Assembly: GCA_963666275.2 (NCBI GenBank)
Contig: CAXXOA010000001.1
Coordinates: 704,001-768,000 of the forward strand
Origin: Oceanispirochaeta sp.
Lineage (GTDB): Bacteria > Spirochaetota > Spirochaetia > DSM-2461
Length of the DNA stretch: 64,000 nucleotides
Direction of reading: 5' to 3'
The translations under genes were made by a program, and so were the position numbers. The notes below the pieces were generated by a model. The model worked only from the letters and a program-made list of their open reading frames with translations, was not told the origin of the DNA and ran no database searches. This document shows positions 17,065 to 26,058 of this stretch, piece by piece; the stretch's first letter is position 1, and every line of letters starts with the position of its first letter.

Positions 17065-18078
17065 TTAAACTTCCTGCCAGTCCCGTCTCTCTTTGAGGCT
17101 TTCAATATAGTCGTTGAAGATGGCCTTATAGTCATCGTAGCTGTCCGAATGAACCAGACGGTTCCGGATTTCCGAAGATCCGGGAAGACCTTTTGTGTAG
17201 GCGCACATCTGCTTTTTCATCTCTTTGACGGCAACTTCAGCGTTCTTGTAGTTCACAGCCAGGGCCAGCTGATGAAAAGCGGTTTCCATTTTTTCATAAG
17301 GCGTCGGGGGAGGGAGGACCTCTCCTGTTTCAAGGAGGGAACGGATCTCTCTGAAAATAAAGGGATTACCAATGGCGCCCCTGGCGATCATCACCCCGTC
17401 AATACCTGTTTCGGTGAGCATTTTTTCCACTGCCTGGGGAGAAAACAGATCTCCTGATCCCAGAACGGGAATATTCCCCATATTTTCTTTCAGTATTTTC
17501 AGATGCTCCCAGGCGGCAGTACCGCCGTAGGCCTGGCTTCTGGTTCTGGCATGCATACAGACCAGTTTTGCCCCGGCTCTGACAGCTTTTTCCGCCACTT
17601 CCAGGTAGTTCAGAGACAGAGCATCCCATCCTGTCCGGATTTTTACAGTCACAGGACAGTCGGAATTGTCTGTCATGGCTCTGACTATTTCAGCTACTTT
17701 GTCGGGTGTCTGCATCAGGGCGGAACCAGCGCCGGATTTTATGATTTTGGGAACAGGGCATCCGCAGTTGAGATCTATCAGGAGCGGTTTGTATCTGTTG
17801 ACCATACTGACGGCTCTGCCTGCTGTGTCGGCATTACCCGCAAAGAGCTGTACAGCATAGACTTTTTCAGCGTCAGCCTGGGCCAGCAGACTCTCTGTTT
17901 TTTCACTGTGTCTTGTAAGGGCTTCGCAGGAAACCATCTCCGTATAGGTCAGGTCGGCTCCCATCTCAACACTCACCGAGCGGAACGCCCGGTCAGTATA
18001 GCCTGCCAGGGGGGCAAGGAAAATATTCCCCCCGGTTTCGGCATTTCCAATTTTTAGAGAATGATAAAGAGATCCCAT
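17065..18078 (-). CDS. dusB: tRNA-dihydrouridine synthase
   Basis: LAPLAGYTD, IDLNCGCPVPK, GSALM, VTVKIRTGW, GVMIARGAIGNP. Confidence 0.92.
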   Translation of the reverse strand: MGSLYHSLKIGNAETGGNIFLAPLAGYTDRAFRSVSVEMGADLTYTEMVSCEALTRHSEKTESLLAQADAEKVYAVQLFAGNADTAGRAVSMVNRYKPLLIDLNCGCPVPKIIKSGAGSALMQTPDKVAEIVRAMTDNSDCPVTVKIRTGWDALSLNYLEVAEKAVRAGAKLVCMHARTRSQAYGGTAAWEHLKILKENMGNIPVLGSGDLFSPQAVEKMLTETGIDGVMIARGAIGNPFIFREIRSLLETGEVLPPPTPYEKMETAFHQLALAVNYKNAEVAVKEMKKQMCAYTKGLPGSSEIRNRLVHSDSYDDYKAIFNDYIESLKERRDWQEV

Positions 18079-18851
18079 TACAGTCCGAAAAGTGTCCTCG
18101 CGTTGTCAAAAAGTGTCTGATAGACTTCTTCTTCCGGTTCTTCCCGCAAAGAGGCAATGAACTGGGCTGTAGAAGGCAGATACATGGGTTTGTTTCTTTT
18201 CCCCCTGTAGGCCGCAGGAACCATAAAAGGACTTTCGCTCTCTATGACAATCCTGTCCAGAGGCAGATAACGCACGGTGTCGTGCAGATTTCTGGCATTT
18301 CTATAGGTTACATTCCCGGCAAAGGAAAAGTACATATTGTCATGCTGGTCCAGAATCTTTCTGGCATATTCCCAGTCTTCTGAATAGCAGTGCAGAACAC
18401 CTCCGCTGGAGGGCATTCTTGTGGAGAGAATCTCCTGTATATCCTTGCCGGCATTCCTGTTATGGATGATAACAGGCTTATTGTTCTGGTCAGCGATCTC
18501 AAGCTGGGCAATAAAAAGTTCCACCTGGGAGCTTTTATCCCCGAATTTCCTGTAGTAGTCCAGGCCTGTTTCTCCCAGTGCCACTACCTTATCCATCTGA
18601 AGACCTTCTGATATCTTCTGTTCCCAGTCGGGGCCGGGATTCTGCACTTCCGAGGGGGAAACCCCAATGGCAAACACCACATTTGATGCGGAAGAGAGAT
18701 TGTTGTACAAATCGTTAAAGTCGTACAGGTTGTTGCAGATACTCATAATGTACGCAACGTTTTCCTGCCGGGCTTCCTGTGTTATAATCAGCTGCTCAAT
18801 AGGATCTTCATGAATCAGACCTATATGGGCGTGAGTATCAAAATACTGCAT
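18078..18851 (-). CDS. TatD family hydrolase
   Basis: FDTHAH, GETGLDY, IIHNR, VLHCYS, ESESPF. Confidence 0.93.
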   Translation of the reverse strand: MQYFDTHAHIGLIHEDPIEQLIITQEARQENVAYIMSICNNLYDFNDLYNNLSSASNVVFAIGVSPSEVQNPGPDWEQKISEGLQMDKVVALGETGLDYYRKFGDKSSQVELFIAQLEIADQNNKPVIIHNRNAGKDIQEILSTRMPSSGGVLHCYSEDWEYARKILDQHDNMYFSFAGNVTYRNARNLHDTVRYLPLDRIVIESESPFMVPAAYRGKRNKPMYLPSTAQFIASLREEPEEEVYQTLFDNARTLFGL

Positions 18852-19248
18852 GTGGTTACCGCTTTAAAATTTAGGATTAGAAAGATTGTAATAATCTTCT
18901 ACATGTTTATCATAACTAACATGTCAAGTCAATTCTATTCACCGGATCACCATAAGCGGTGAAACAGCTGCGAGTTCGGATCACAACCTTTCTCTTATTA
19001 TTACTTCATTTCACCGGCAAAACAAGATTAATTGATGAAAAGAACAAAAAAGGGGAATACAAACCGGTATTTTTCTATAGTATTTCCCTGTTTATAATTT
19101 GAGAAAATCTTTTTACAGGTGTATAATGAATCTGTTTTTGGAGAGTCTAACCCACCTATTTCGGCATTTCGGCATATTCATCTTGTCTTATCCTTTAGAA
19201 ATAGTGTAGATTGTACGAAAATATAATATTAGAGACCAAGGAGTTTTC

Positions 19249-20280
19249 GTGGCGAGCAGGAAAGGGCGCCGTACCCTCAAAGGTGACAGATCCACTTCCG
19301 GTAAAACAGGTTTTCTGGGAAGGTTTGTCCAATCAGGCCGGCAAAAAATCACCATAATGCTGATTCCTCATTCAGAAAAAAGGGTCTTCAATTTTCAAAT
19401 TTCCCTTTTTGCTCTTTCATTTGTCAGCGTTCTCCTTATCTCACTTGTTGTAACGTTCATATGGCTTACAGCTGATTTTTCAGGCACAAACGATATGCTG
19501 GCTTCCCGGTCCCAGGATCTGGAATACAGTGAAGCCAGTCTGGAAGTACTGCGTAATGAAGTAAGCGAACTCATAAATTCCACAGACAATTTTCAGAATA
19601 CCCTGGCCAGAACCATGGGGACCCTGGGGCTTGAAACTGCCGTAAGGGAGGGAATGGTGAATGAAGGGGGAGACCTCTCCTCTTTTTTCAACGTGGAACA
19701 GTCTGAAAGCGGCTCCATGAGTGAAACCATTGAGCTGCAGAAGCTGAAAACCACTCTGGACAGTTCCATATCCTCACTGGATGAAATCGGACAGATCCTC
19801 AATTCCCAGAAGGAACTTCTTTCGGATATTCCCTCTCTGTGGCCTTTGAAGGGTGTACAGGGCCATGTGACTGCTGTTTTCGGTCCTTCCATTCATCCCT
19901 TTACAGGACAGTGGTATCTGCACAAAGGGCTGGACATCGCCTACGGATACGGCGTTCCGATTGTTGCAACGGCCAATGGTAAGGTCATTGAACGGGATAA
20001 CGATGAAAAAGGGTTCGGAAACTATGTGGTTATCCGCCATAAGTACGGATTCTATACAAAATATGCCCATATGCAGAGAGTTTATGTTTCAGCCGGTCAG
20101 GACATTTCCCAGGGAGATGTCATAGGAACCATGGGAAATACGGGACTGTCGACGGGGCCGCATGTGCACTATGAAGTGCGGATCGGTTCTCAGGTCGTAG
20201 ATCCCACCAAGTATCTCAATATGACTGACAAGAGCGATATATTTACCCGGGTGACACGGAATCTGCAAAAATATAAATAA
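19249..20280 (+). CDS. M23 family metallopeptidase with N-terminal TM segment and coiled coil
   Basis: HKGLD, YAHM, GNTGLSTGPHVHYEV. Confidence 0.92.
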   Translation: MASRKGRRTLKGDRSTSGKTGFLGRFVQSGRQKITIMLIPHSEKRVFNFQISLFALSFVSVLLISLVVTFIWLTADFSGTNDMLASRSQDLEYSEASLEVLRNEVSELINSTDNFQNTLARTMGTLGLETAVREGMVNEGGDLSSFFNVEQSESGSMSETIELQKLKTTLDSSISSLDEIGQILNSQKELLSDIPSLWPLKGVQGHVTAVFGPSIHPFTGQWYLHKGLDIAYGYGVPIVATANGKVIERDNDEKGFGNYVVIRHKYGFYTKYAHMQRVYVSAGQDISQGDVIGTMGNTGLSTGPHVHYEVRIGSQVVDPTKYLNMTDKSDIFTRVTRNLQKYK

Positions 20281-20298
20281 CAAATACAGGTACATCTC

Positions 20299-20715
20299 AT
20301 GAGCGATTATTTAAAAAGCCATTCTTTTATAAACTCCATTATCGGGGAGGGAACCCGTTTTAACGGAGAACTTGTACTGGATGGGCTTTTAAGAATAGAC
20401 GGCGATTTTTCAGGAAGTATTGAAACGACAGGTAAAGTTCTTGTCGGGAAAACCGGAAGAGCCGAATGCAATATCATTGCCGGCACTGTTGTCATCGGCG
20501 GAGCCGTAAGAGGGAATATCTACTCTTCCGGTAAAGTTGTCATTCTTTCTACAGGTATGGTGATCGGGAATATCCAGGCTCCCCGGCTGGTTGTGGAGGA
20601 AGGTGTCCTTCTGCATGGAACCTGCCGGATTATCAGCAGTGATGATTCCACTGAGAAAAAAGCTGTCGCAGCCGGCAGCGGGACCTACTCTGTCGAGTGG
20701 GACAATAAGGGCTGA
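20299..20715 (+). CDS. Bactofilin (polymer-forming cytoskeletal protein)
   Basis: SIIGEGTRFNGEL, LRIDGDFSG, VIGNIQAPRLVVEEG beta-helix pattern. Confidence 0.9.
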   Translation: MSDYLKSHSFINSIIGEGTRFNGELVLDGLLRIDGDFSGSIETTGKVLVGKTGRAECNIIAGTVVIGGAVRGNIYSSGKVVILSTGMVIGNIQAPRLVVEEGVLLHGTCRIISSDDSTEKKAVAAGSGTYSVEWDNKG

Positions 20716-20725
20716 CAGGCGTTCT

Positions 20726-21223
20726 ATGGATAAGCTGGGGATAGTAGGCAGCAGTTTTGTTCCCCACCCGGACAAACGGTCCGGAAAAAAGGTTGATAAG
20801 GAAAAAACCAAGGGTGTATCCTTTCGGAAAAGTCTTGACGGGACCCGGGAGGAGCATCAGACTATAGCGGAAAACCTGCATAGCAGTCTGGATGGGACAG
20901 AGACGGCGGAGGAACTCCTCGACGAGGTCTATCAGCTGGGGGAAGCTCTGAAGAAAGACGGCTCCCTGGGGGCTCTGAAGCGCTACAGGGATTCGGTAAA
21001 GCATTTTTATCAGTTTATCGTGTCCAACAGTCTGGAAACCGAAAAAGTGAACGGCCGTCTGAATCCCCGAACCATGTCGCGAAAACAGTACACTCTGATT
21101 TCAGTTGTCAATGAAAAACTGGAAAGACTGGGAGCGGCAGTTCTGAAAAACCAGAAAGATCAGATGGATATCCTGAAAAAGGTGGATGAAATTTACGGGA
21201 TCCTGATAGATCTTCAGCGGTAA
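20726..21223 (+). CDS. YaaR/DUF327 family protein
   Basis: LKRYRDSVKHF and ILKKVDEIYGILIDL. Start reassigned to ATG 20726 to avoid overlap with the upstream gene. Confidence 0.8.
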   Translation: MDKLGIVGSSFVPHPDKRSGKKVDKEKTKGVSFRKSLDGTREEHQTIAENLHSSLDGTETAEELLDEVYQLGEALKKDGSLGALKRYRDSVKHFYQFIVSNSLETEKVNGRLNPRTMSRKQYTLISVVNEKLERLGAAVLKNQKDQMDILKKVDEIYGILIDLQR

Positions 21224-21276
21224 AAGGTATTGAAAGGTGTTAGAGCACCAGAGTAAAAAACAAGGAGTACATCAGT

Positions 21277-22179
21277 ATGAGTGCTGATAGACATAAAGAG
21301 CATAATAAATCGGGGGGAGGCCCGGTAGATCCGGAAAAGTATCCGGAAGGACTCTATCGTGTAAAAATCCTTCATTCCAGTGAAACGGAAGTCATTACGC
21401 CTCCGGAAGGAGAATCCTTTGAGGCCGGCGAACTTGTCATTATAAAAACACGATACGGAAATGACATGACAAAAGTTCTGGGTCGCATTACCGATCTGTC
21501 TCATGTCAAGAAAGGGGAGATCCGGCAGTTGATCCGCCGTGTTACTGATGAGGATCGGAAAAAAGCCGATTCCCTGCGGGACAAAGAAGAAGATGCCTAC
21601 CGGATCTGCCGGGAGAAAATAGATAAGCATAAACTGGATATGGCTCTGGTTTCCGCCCATTATCTGCTGGATGAACCCAAGGTCATGTTCTTTTTTACGG
21701 CCGAGAACCGGATCGATTTCCGTGAGCTTGTGAAAGATCTTGTGGCCATATTCAAAATGCGGATAGAACTCCGTCAGATCGGTGTCAGGGACGAATCGAG
21801 GGTTCTGGGGGGGCTGGGGGTCTGCGGGAGAGATTACTGCTGTCACGGCCTCACAGATCATCTGAGCCCTGTTTCCATCAAGATGGCTAAAGAGCAGAAC
21901 CTGTCTCTTAATTCCATGAAGATTTCAGGACCCTGCGGCAGGCTCCTGTGCTGCCTCTCTTATGAGTATGACTACTATCAGACAGAAAAAAGAAAACTGC
22001 CTTCCGAAGGCAGCCGGATCCAGTGGGACGGGACGTCCTTCAAGGTGACGGAGGTTAATATATTTTCCAGACGGATAAAACTCTCCGGGGGAGACGGTCG
22101 TCAGTTGGAAATCTCCACGGCTGAGGTGGAATTTGTGAAAGAAACAAAATCATGGAAGATAAATCCTGTAGAAATTTAG
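21277..22179 (+). CDS. PSP1-domain protein (RicT/YaaT-like)
   Basis: RIDFRELVKDL, RIELRQIGVRDE, GVCGRDYCC, KISGPCGRLLCCLSYE. Confidence 0.92.
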   Translation: MSADRHKEHNKSGGGPVDPEKYPEGLYRVKILHSSETEVITPPEGESFEAGELVIIKTRYGNDMTKVLGRITDLSHVKKGEIRQLIRRVTDEDRKKADSLRDKEEDAYRICREKIDKHKLDMALVSAHYLLDEPKVMFFFTAENRIDFRELVKDLVAIFKMRIELRQIGVRDESRVLGGLGVCGRDYCCHGLTDHLSPVSIKMAKEQNLSLNSMKISGPCGRLLCCLSYEYDYYQTEKRKLPSEGSRIQWDGTSFKVTEVNIFSRRIKLSGGDGRQLEISTAEVEFVKETKSWKINPVEI

Positions 22180-22248
22180 ACTTGTCTTGTTGACAGTGTC
22201 TTTGTATGTTTGTTAATATCCATCTGCTAATGAAATAAGGAGTCGAAT

Positions 22249-22422
22249 ATGGCAGGAGTTAGTAAGAATGCCCGTATCGGTTCAGGAACACATAAATTTT
22301 TCTGTTCTGACTGTGGAGGCGAAGTAAAAATGCGTTCCATTTTTTCAAACGGACGGATGAAACATCTGTGCGAATGTGAAAAATGTAAACGCCAGGAAAG
22401 AAGACCCAGCGATTTTAAATAA
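22249..22422 (+). CDS. 57-aa basic zinc-ribbon protein (absent from the ORF track)
   Basis: MAGVSKNARIGSGTHKFFCSDCGGEVKMRSIFSNGRMKHLCECEKCKRQERRPSDFK. SD TAAGGAG; promoter TTGACA (22190), 18 bp, TAATAT. Confidence 0.8.
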   Translation: MAGVSKNARIGSGTHKFFCSDCGGEVKMRSIFSNGRMKHLCECEKCKRQERRPSDFK

Positions 22423-22547
22423 TCTCCTGGGATTCTTTTATTTTTTTAAGATACCTTTATAAGGTGTCAGGTAAGTCTTGACACTGCTGAAGGTTATCTG
22501 TTAATTTCATTAAACTTGATTTTGATTATTATCGGGAGGTAACGACA

Positions 22548-22811
22548 GTGCCCAATTCCAATGATGCTGCTAAAAGACATCGTCAGAGTCTGAGAGCCAG
22601 AGCGCATAACCGCTCCATCAGAAGTACTGTCCGAACCAGTATTAAATCTTTTGAAGCGGCTGTAAAAAAACACGATAAAGCCGAAGCCGAAGCATCTTAT
22701 GCTCAGGTTGTGAAACTGATTGATACTGCTGCGGGCAAAGGATTGTATCACAAAAATATGGCAGCCAGAAAGAAGTCCAGGCTTCATAAAGTTCTCGCCG
22801 CAATGGCATAA
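22548..22811 (+). CDS. rpsT: 30S ribosomal protein S20
   Basis: AAKRHRQS..NRSIRSTVRTSIK..IDTAAGKGLYHKNMAARKKSRL; SD GGGAGG, GTG start. Confidence 0.96.
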   Translation: MPNSNDAAKRHRQSLRARAHNRSIRSTVRTSIKSFEAAVKKHDKAEAEASYAQVVKLIDTAAGKGLYHKNMAARKKSRLHKVLAAMA

Positions 22812-22845
22812 ACGACGTGAAAATTTCTATCCACAGAGAAGAGAT

Positions 22846-23148
22846 ATGACAGAGAATAAGCTAACTAAGGCTGAGATCATCGAACATATATATGATGAAT
22901 CGGGAATCAGCCGGAAAGATATTCACAGTGTGATCGATTCTTTCTTTGAAGAAGTAAAACAAGCTCTGGAAGATGATAGGGTTGTTGAGCTGAGAGGCTT
23001 CGGGACTTTTGAAATCCGGACAAGAAAAGGCCGCGAAAAGGCACGTAATCCTAAAACAGGAGAAATTGTTCCTGTTGAAAGTCATGGAGTCACCGTTTTC
23101 AGGCCTGGAAAGGAACTGAAAAAGCTGGCATGGCCGCTGAGGAAATAG
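22846..23148 (+). CDS. HU/IHF family DNA-binding protein (Hbb-like)
   Basis: LTKAEII, VELRGFGTFE, ARNPKTGE, FRPGKELK; start at ATG 22846. Confidence 0.92.
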   Translation: MTENKLTKAEIIEHIYDESGISRKDIHSVIDSFFEEVKQALEDDRVVELRGFGTFEIRTRKGREKARNPKTGEIVPVESHGVTVFRPGKELKKLAWPLRK

Positions 23149-24800
23149 TTTCAGCAGTCAGGATAGAGGGCCGGAAAGAAGAAGGAAAATTATCCCTTCG
23201 GAATATTTTCCTTACAATTCTTTCGGCTTTTCTTTTTTCCCTGGCTTTTCCGGGATTGTTCAGTGAAAAGGGGATGCCAATAATGGCATTCCTTTTTTTT
23301 ATTCCCCTTGTACAGGTCCTGCGGACCTGCCGCTGGAGAGCAGTAGTTCCCCTGGGAATGATTCATGGATACGTGAGTTATGCCCTCTTCAATTACTGGC
23401 TCGCCGATTTTCATCCCCTCACAATTCTTATTGTTCCTCTTATATACGTTGTTATCTATGCCGTTCTGTTTCCTGTGCTGAAAGCCGGGACATCACTATT
23501 TCCCCGCTGGGGTTTTCTTGTGCTTGCCCTGATCTGGACATCCTTTGAATTCCTGAAATCCAAAGGATTCCTGGGCTATCCCTACGGAACGATCGGTTCT
23601 GTTTTTTATCAGTGGCCTTTGATGGTTCGTGTCACGTCCCTGACGGGAATCTGGGGGCTTTCCTTCTTTATCATATTGACTGGTGCCTGGCTGGGCTATG
23701 TTCTGAATCTGAAATCTCTCTGCCGTTCTCTGGGAAACTGGATCTTCTTTCAGCGTGCCGGGCTGGCCATTGGGGGATTGGCTTTTATTCTTATCTGTTA
23801 CGGCTGGTTTTCGAAGGTTGATCTAGAGGAATCCCCCGGATATACAATTGCACTGACCCAGCATAATGCGGATTCCTGGAAGGGAGGATACGAAGCCTTC
23901 CGGGATAATTTCTACAAACTGAGAGATTTGAGTCTCCAGTCCCGGACAGAGGGGAATCCTGAACTGATAGTCTGGCCCGAAACGGCCTTTGTTCCCACTA
24001 TTCATTATCATAAAACCTACAAAACCAACAGACGGTCTCTCTCTCTTGTGGAGGAACTGGAAGAGTTTCTGGCTACCCAGGATATTCCCTATCTTCTGGG
24101 GAATGATGATGCCAGAAAAGAGCCTGTGGGAGAAGACGGCGCATGGGAGAGGGTGGATTACAATGCCGCTGTTCTCTATCTGGGCAACCAGTGGAAAGGG
24201 TTGTACCGGAAACGTCAACTGGTTCCTTTTACAGAATATTTCCCCTACACAGAGCAGTTCCCCCGGATCTATCAGTGGCTTCTGGATGCGGATACCCACT
24301 TCTGGAAGAAAGGGGAGGCTTTCAATCTTATAGATACGGGAAAATTCAGGATAGGAACCCCCATCTGTTTTGAAGATACTTTCGGATTTATAAGCCGTGA
24401 GTTTGTCCGTTCCGGCGCAGATCTCATTGTGAATCTGAGTAATGATGCCTGGTCCGGTTCTGTTGTGGCGGAGCGTCAGCACTTTATGCTCAGCGTGTTC
24501 AGGGCCGGTGAAAACCGGAGGACCATGGTAAGAAGTACCAACTCGGGCATTACTGGATGGGTGGATCCCAACGGGGTGATCCGGGAGGAACTGGCGCCTT
24601 TTACAGAGGATGTGCTGATTGCGGATGTTCCCGTTTATACGGCTTCAAATACCCTCTATACGCTCTGGGGCGACTGGTTTGCCTGGATGTGCCTTTCGGC
24701 ATGTTTTATTCTCCTGGTCGGGGCTGTTATCATAAGATTGACAATACGCCTCAGAAGTAGGAGAATAAGGGGTGAGAATAGGGGGAAAAATGATTTCTGA
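23130..24800 (+). CDS. lnt: Apolipoprotein N-acyltransferase
   Basis: Multiple TM segments; VWPETA, YRKRQLVPFTEY, PICFED, NLSNDAW, RSTNSG. Confidence 0.92.
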   Translation: MAAEEIVSAVRIEGRKEEGKLSLRNIFLTILSAFLFSLAFPGLFSEKGMPIMAFLFFIPLVQVLRTCRWRAVVPLGMIHGYVSYALFNYWLADFHPLTILIVPLIYVVIYAVLFPVLKAGTSLFPRWGFLVLALIWTSFEFLKSKGFLGYPYGTIGSVFYQWPLMVRVTSLTGIWGLSFFIILTGAWLGYVLNLKSLCRSLGNWIFFQRAGLAIGGLAFILICYGWFSKVDLEESPGYTIALTQHNADSWKGGYEAFRDNFYKLRDLSLQSRTEGNPELIVWPETAFVPTIHYHKTYKTNRRSLSLVEELEEFLATQDIPYLLGNDDARKEPVGEDGAWERVDYNAAVLYLGNQWKGLYRKRQLVPFTEYFPYTEQFPRIYQWLLDADTHFWKKGEAFNLIDTGKFRIGTPICFEDTFGFISREFVRSGADLIVNLSNDAWSGSVVAERQHFMLSVFRAGENRRTMVRSTNSGITGWVDPNGVIREELAPFTEDVLIADVPVYTASNTLYTLWGDWFAWMCLSACFILLVGAVIIRLTIRLRSRRIRGENRGKNDF

Positions 24801-25011
24801 AGATAAAAGAAAGGTTCTCCAGTTATTTTCTGAAGGAAGAGAACTCTATAAAGAGAGAAGTTTCTCCGATGCCATGAAGAAATTTGCGGAAGCTCTGAAA
24901 GTGGACAGGGAAGACGGACCTTCCAAGGTCTATTATGCCAGATGCCGCATGTACATGGAAAATCCCCCGCCTCCTGAATGGGACGGCGTATTCACAATGA
25001 CAACAAAATAA
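24790..25011 (+). CDS. Small TPR-like protein
   Basis: FSEGRELYKER.F..A...F..AL, DGPSKVYYARC, PPPEWDGVFTMTTK. Confidence 0.75.
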   Translation: MISEDKRKVLQLFSEGRELYKERSFSDAMKKFAEALKVDREDGPSKVYYARCRMYMENPPPPEWDGVFTMTTK

Positions 25012-25026
25012 ATCACAGGTTTAAAA

Positions 25027-25434
25027 ATGACATTACCAAAAGATATCCAATCTATTTCTACAATTCTTGGAAATGAAACTGTATTTAAAGGAACCATGAG
25101 GTTCAATAAGCCCCTTAAAATCGATGGAAAATACGAGGGAAAAATTGAATCCGACGGGTTTCTCTACATTGAAGACGGCGCGGAAGTGCGTGCCGATATA
25201 AAAGTAGCCTCCATCGTAGTCGGAGGTATTGTCTACGGAGACATCGAAGCCTACGAAAAACTTGAAATGCTTGAAACCGGTCAGGTGGTGGGTAACATCA
25301 GGACAGCCAGGCTTAAAATCGCCGATGGTGTCCGCTTTGAAGGCAAATGCGATATGATCAGCGATCACGAAGCGATTGATGTGTTCTCTGCTTCTGTTTC
25401 CCAGCTGAAACAGGATTACAATGAGCCGGGATAA
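25027..25434 (+). CDS. Bactofilin
   Basis: TILGNETVFKG, LKIDGKYEG, VVGNIRTARLKIADG. Confidence 0.9.
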   Translation: MTLPKDIQSISTILGNETVFKGTMRFNKPLKIDGKYEGKIESDGFLYIEDGAEVRADIKVASIVVGGIVYGDIEAYEKLEMLETGQVVGNIRTARLKIADGVRFEGKCDMISDHEAIDVFSASVSQLKQDYNEPG

Positions 25435-25921
25435 GGCGGAATCTCTTATCCGTCTCTGCAGAGAGAACAATATAACCATGGTGACCGCCGAATCCTGTAC
25501 CGGAGGACTTATCGGCGGGGCCTTGACTGATATTTCCGGAAGTTCCGATGTTTTCTGGGGCGGTTTCATTACCTATGCCAATCAGGCCAAAATGTCCGCT
25601 CTGGGAGTCTCCGGGGAGACTCTCGAGCAGAATGGAGCCGTTTCAGAACCCGTTGTGTCCCAGATGCTTTCGGGGGCCCTTGAAAAAAGCGGGGCCTCTC
25701 TGGCCATGGCGGTTTCCGGTGTTGCCGGGCCGGGCGGGGGGACTCCCGACAAGCCCGTAGGGACAGTCTGGATTGGAGTTTCTCTCAAAGGAGCTGCTCC
25801 GGTGAAGGAAAAATTCCTTTTTTCGGGGAATCGGGAGGAAATTCGGAATAAAACGGTCATAAATGCTCTTGAAATGGCAGAAAAAGTTATTTTAAACAGA
25901 TCCTTACTTGACAGTGAATAG
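25421..25921 (+). CDS. CinA C-terminal / PncC nicotinamide-nucleotide amidohydrolase
   Basis: TAESCTGG, SGSS, YAN.AK, GAVSE, SGVAGPGGGT, KPVGTVWI. Confidence 0.92.
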   Translation: MSRDKAESLIRLCRENNITMVTAESCTGGLIGGALTDISGSSDVFWGGFITYANQAKMSALGVSGETLEQNGAVSEPVVSQMLSGALEKSGASLAMAVSGVAGPGGGTPDKPVGTVWIGVSLKGAAPVKEKFLFSGNREEIRNKTVINALEMAEKVILNRSLLDSE

Positions 25922-25936
25922 ACCGCATCATATATT
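25908..25936 (+). promoter_or_regulatory. Sigma70-like promoter for rho
   Basis: TTGACA, 17 bp, TATATT, about 120 nt upstream of the rho start. Confidence 0.6.
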
Positions 25937-26058
25937 GACCTTGTAGTATCCCCCAGATAGCTAATCTGATTCTTCATTTCACGAATTCATACAATTTGTA
26001 AACGTTTTGAAGAGTTTTATATAGAAATTAAATCAAATTATATTTTATTGGAGAAATT

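Noticed and set aside
18852..19248. Possible ncRNA in the tatD/M23 intergenic region (TTCACCG...CGGTGAA stem)
   Set aside because: A single modest stem in a divergent promoter region; insufficient support.
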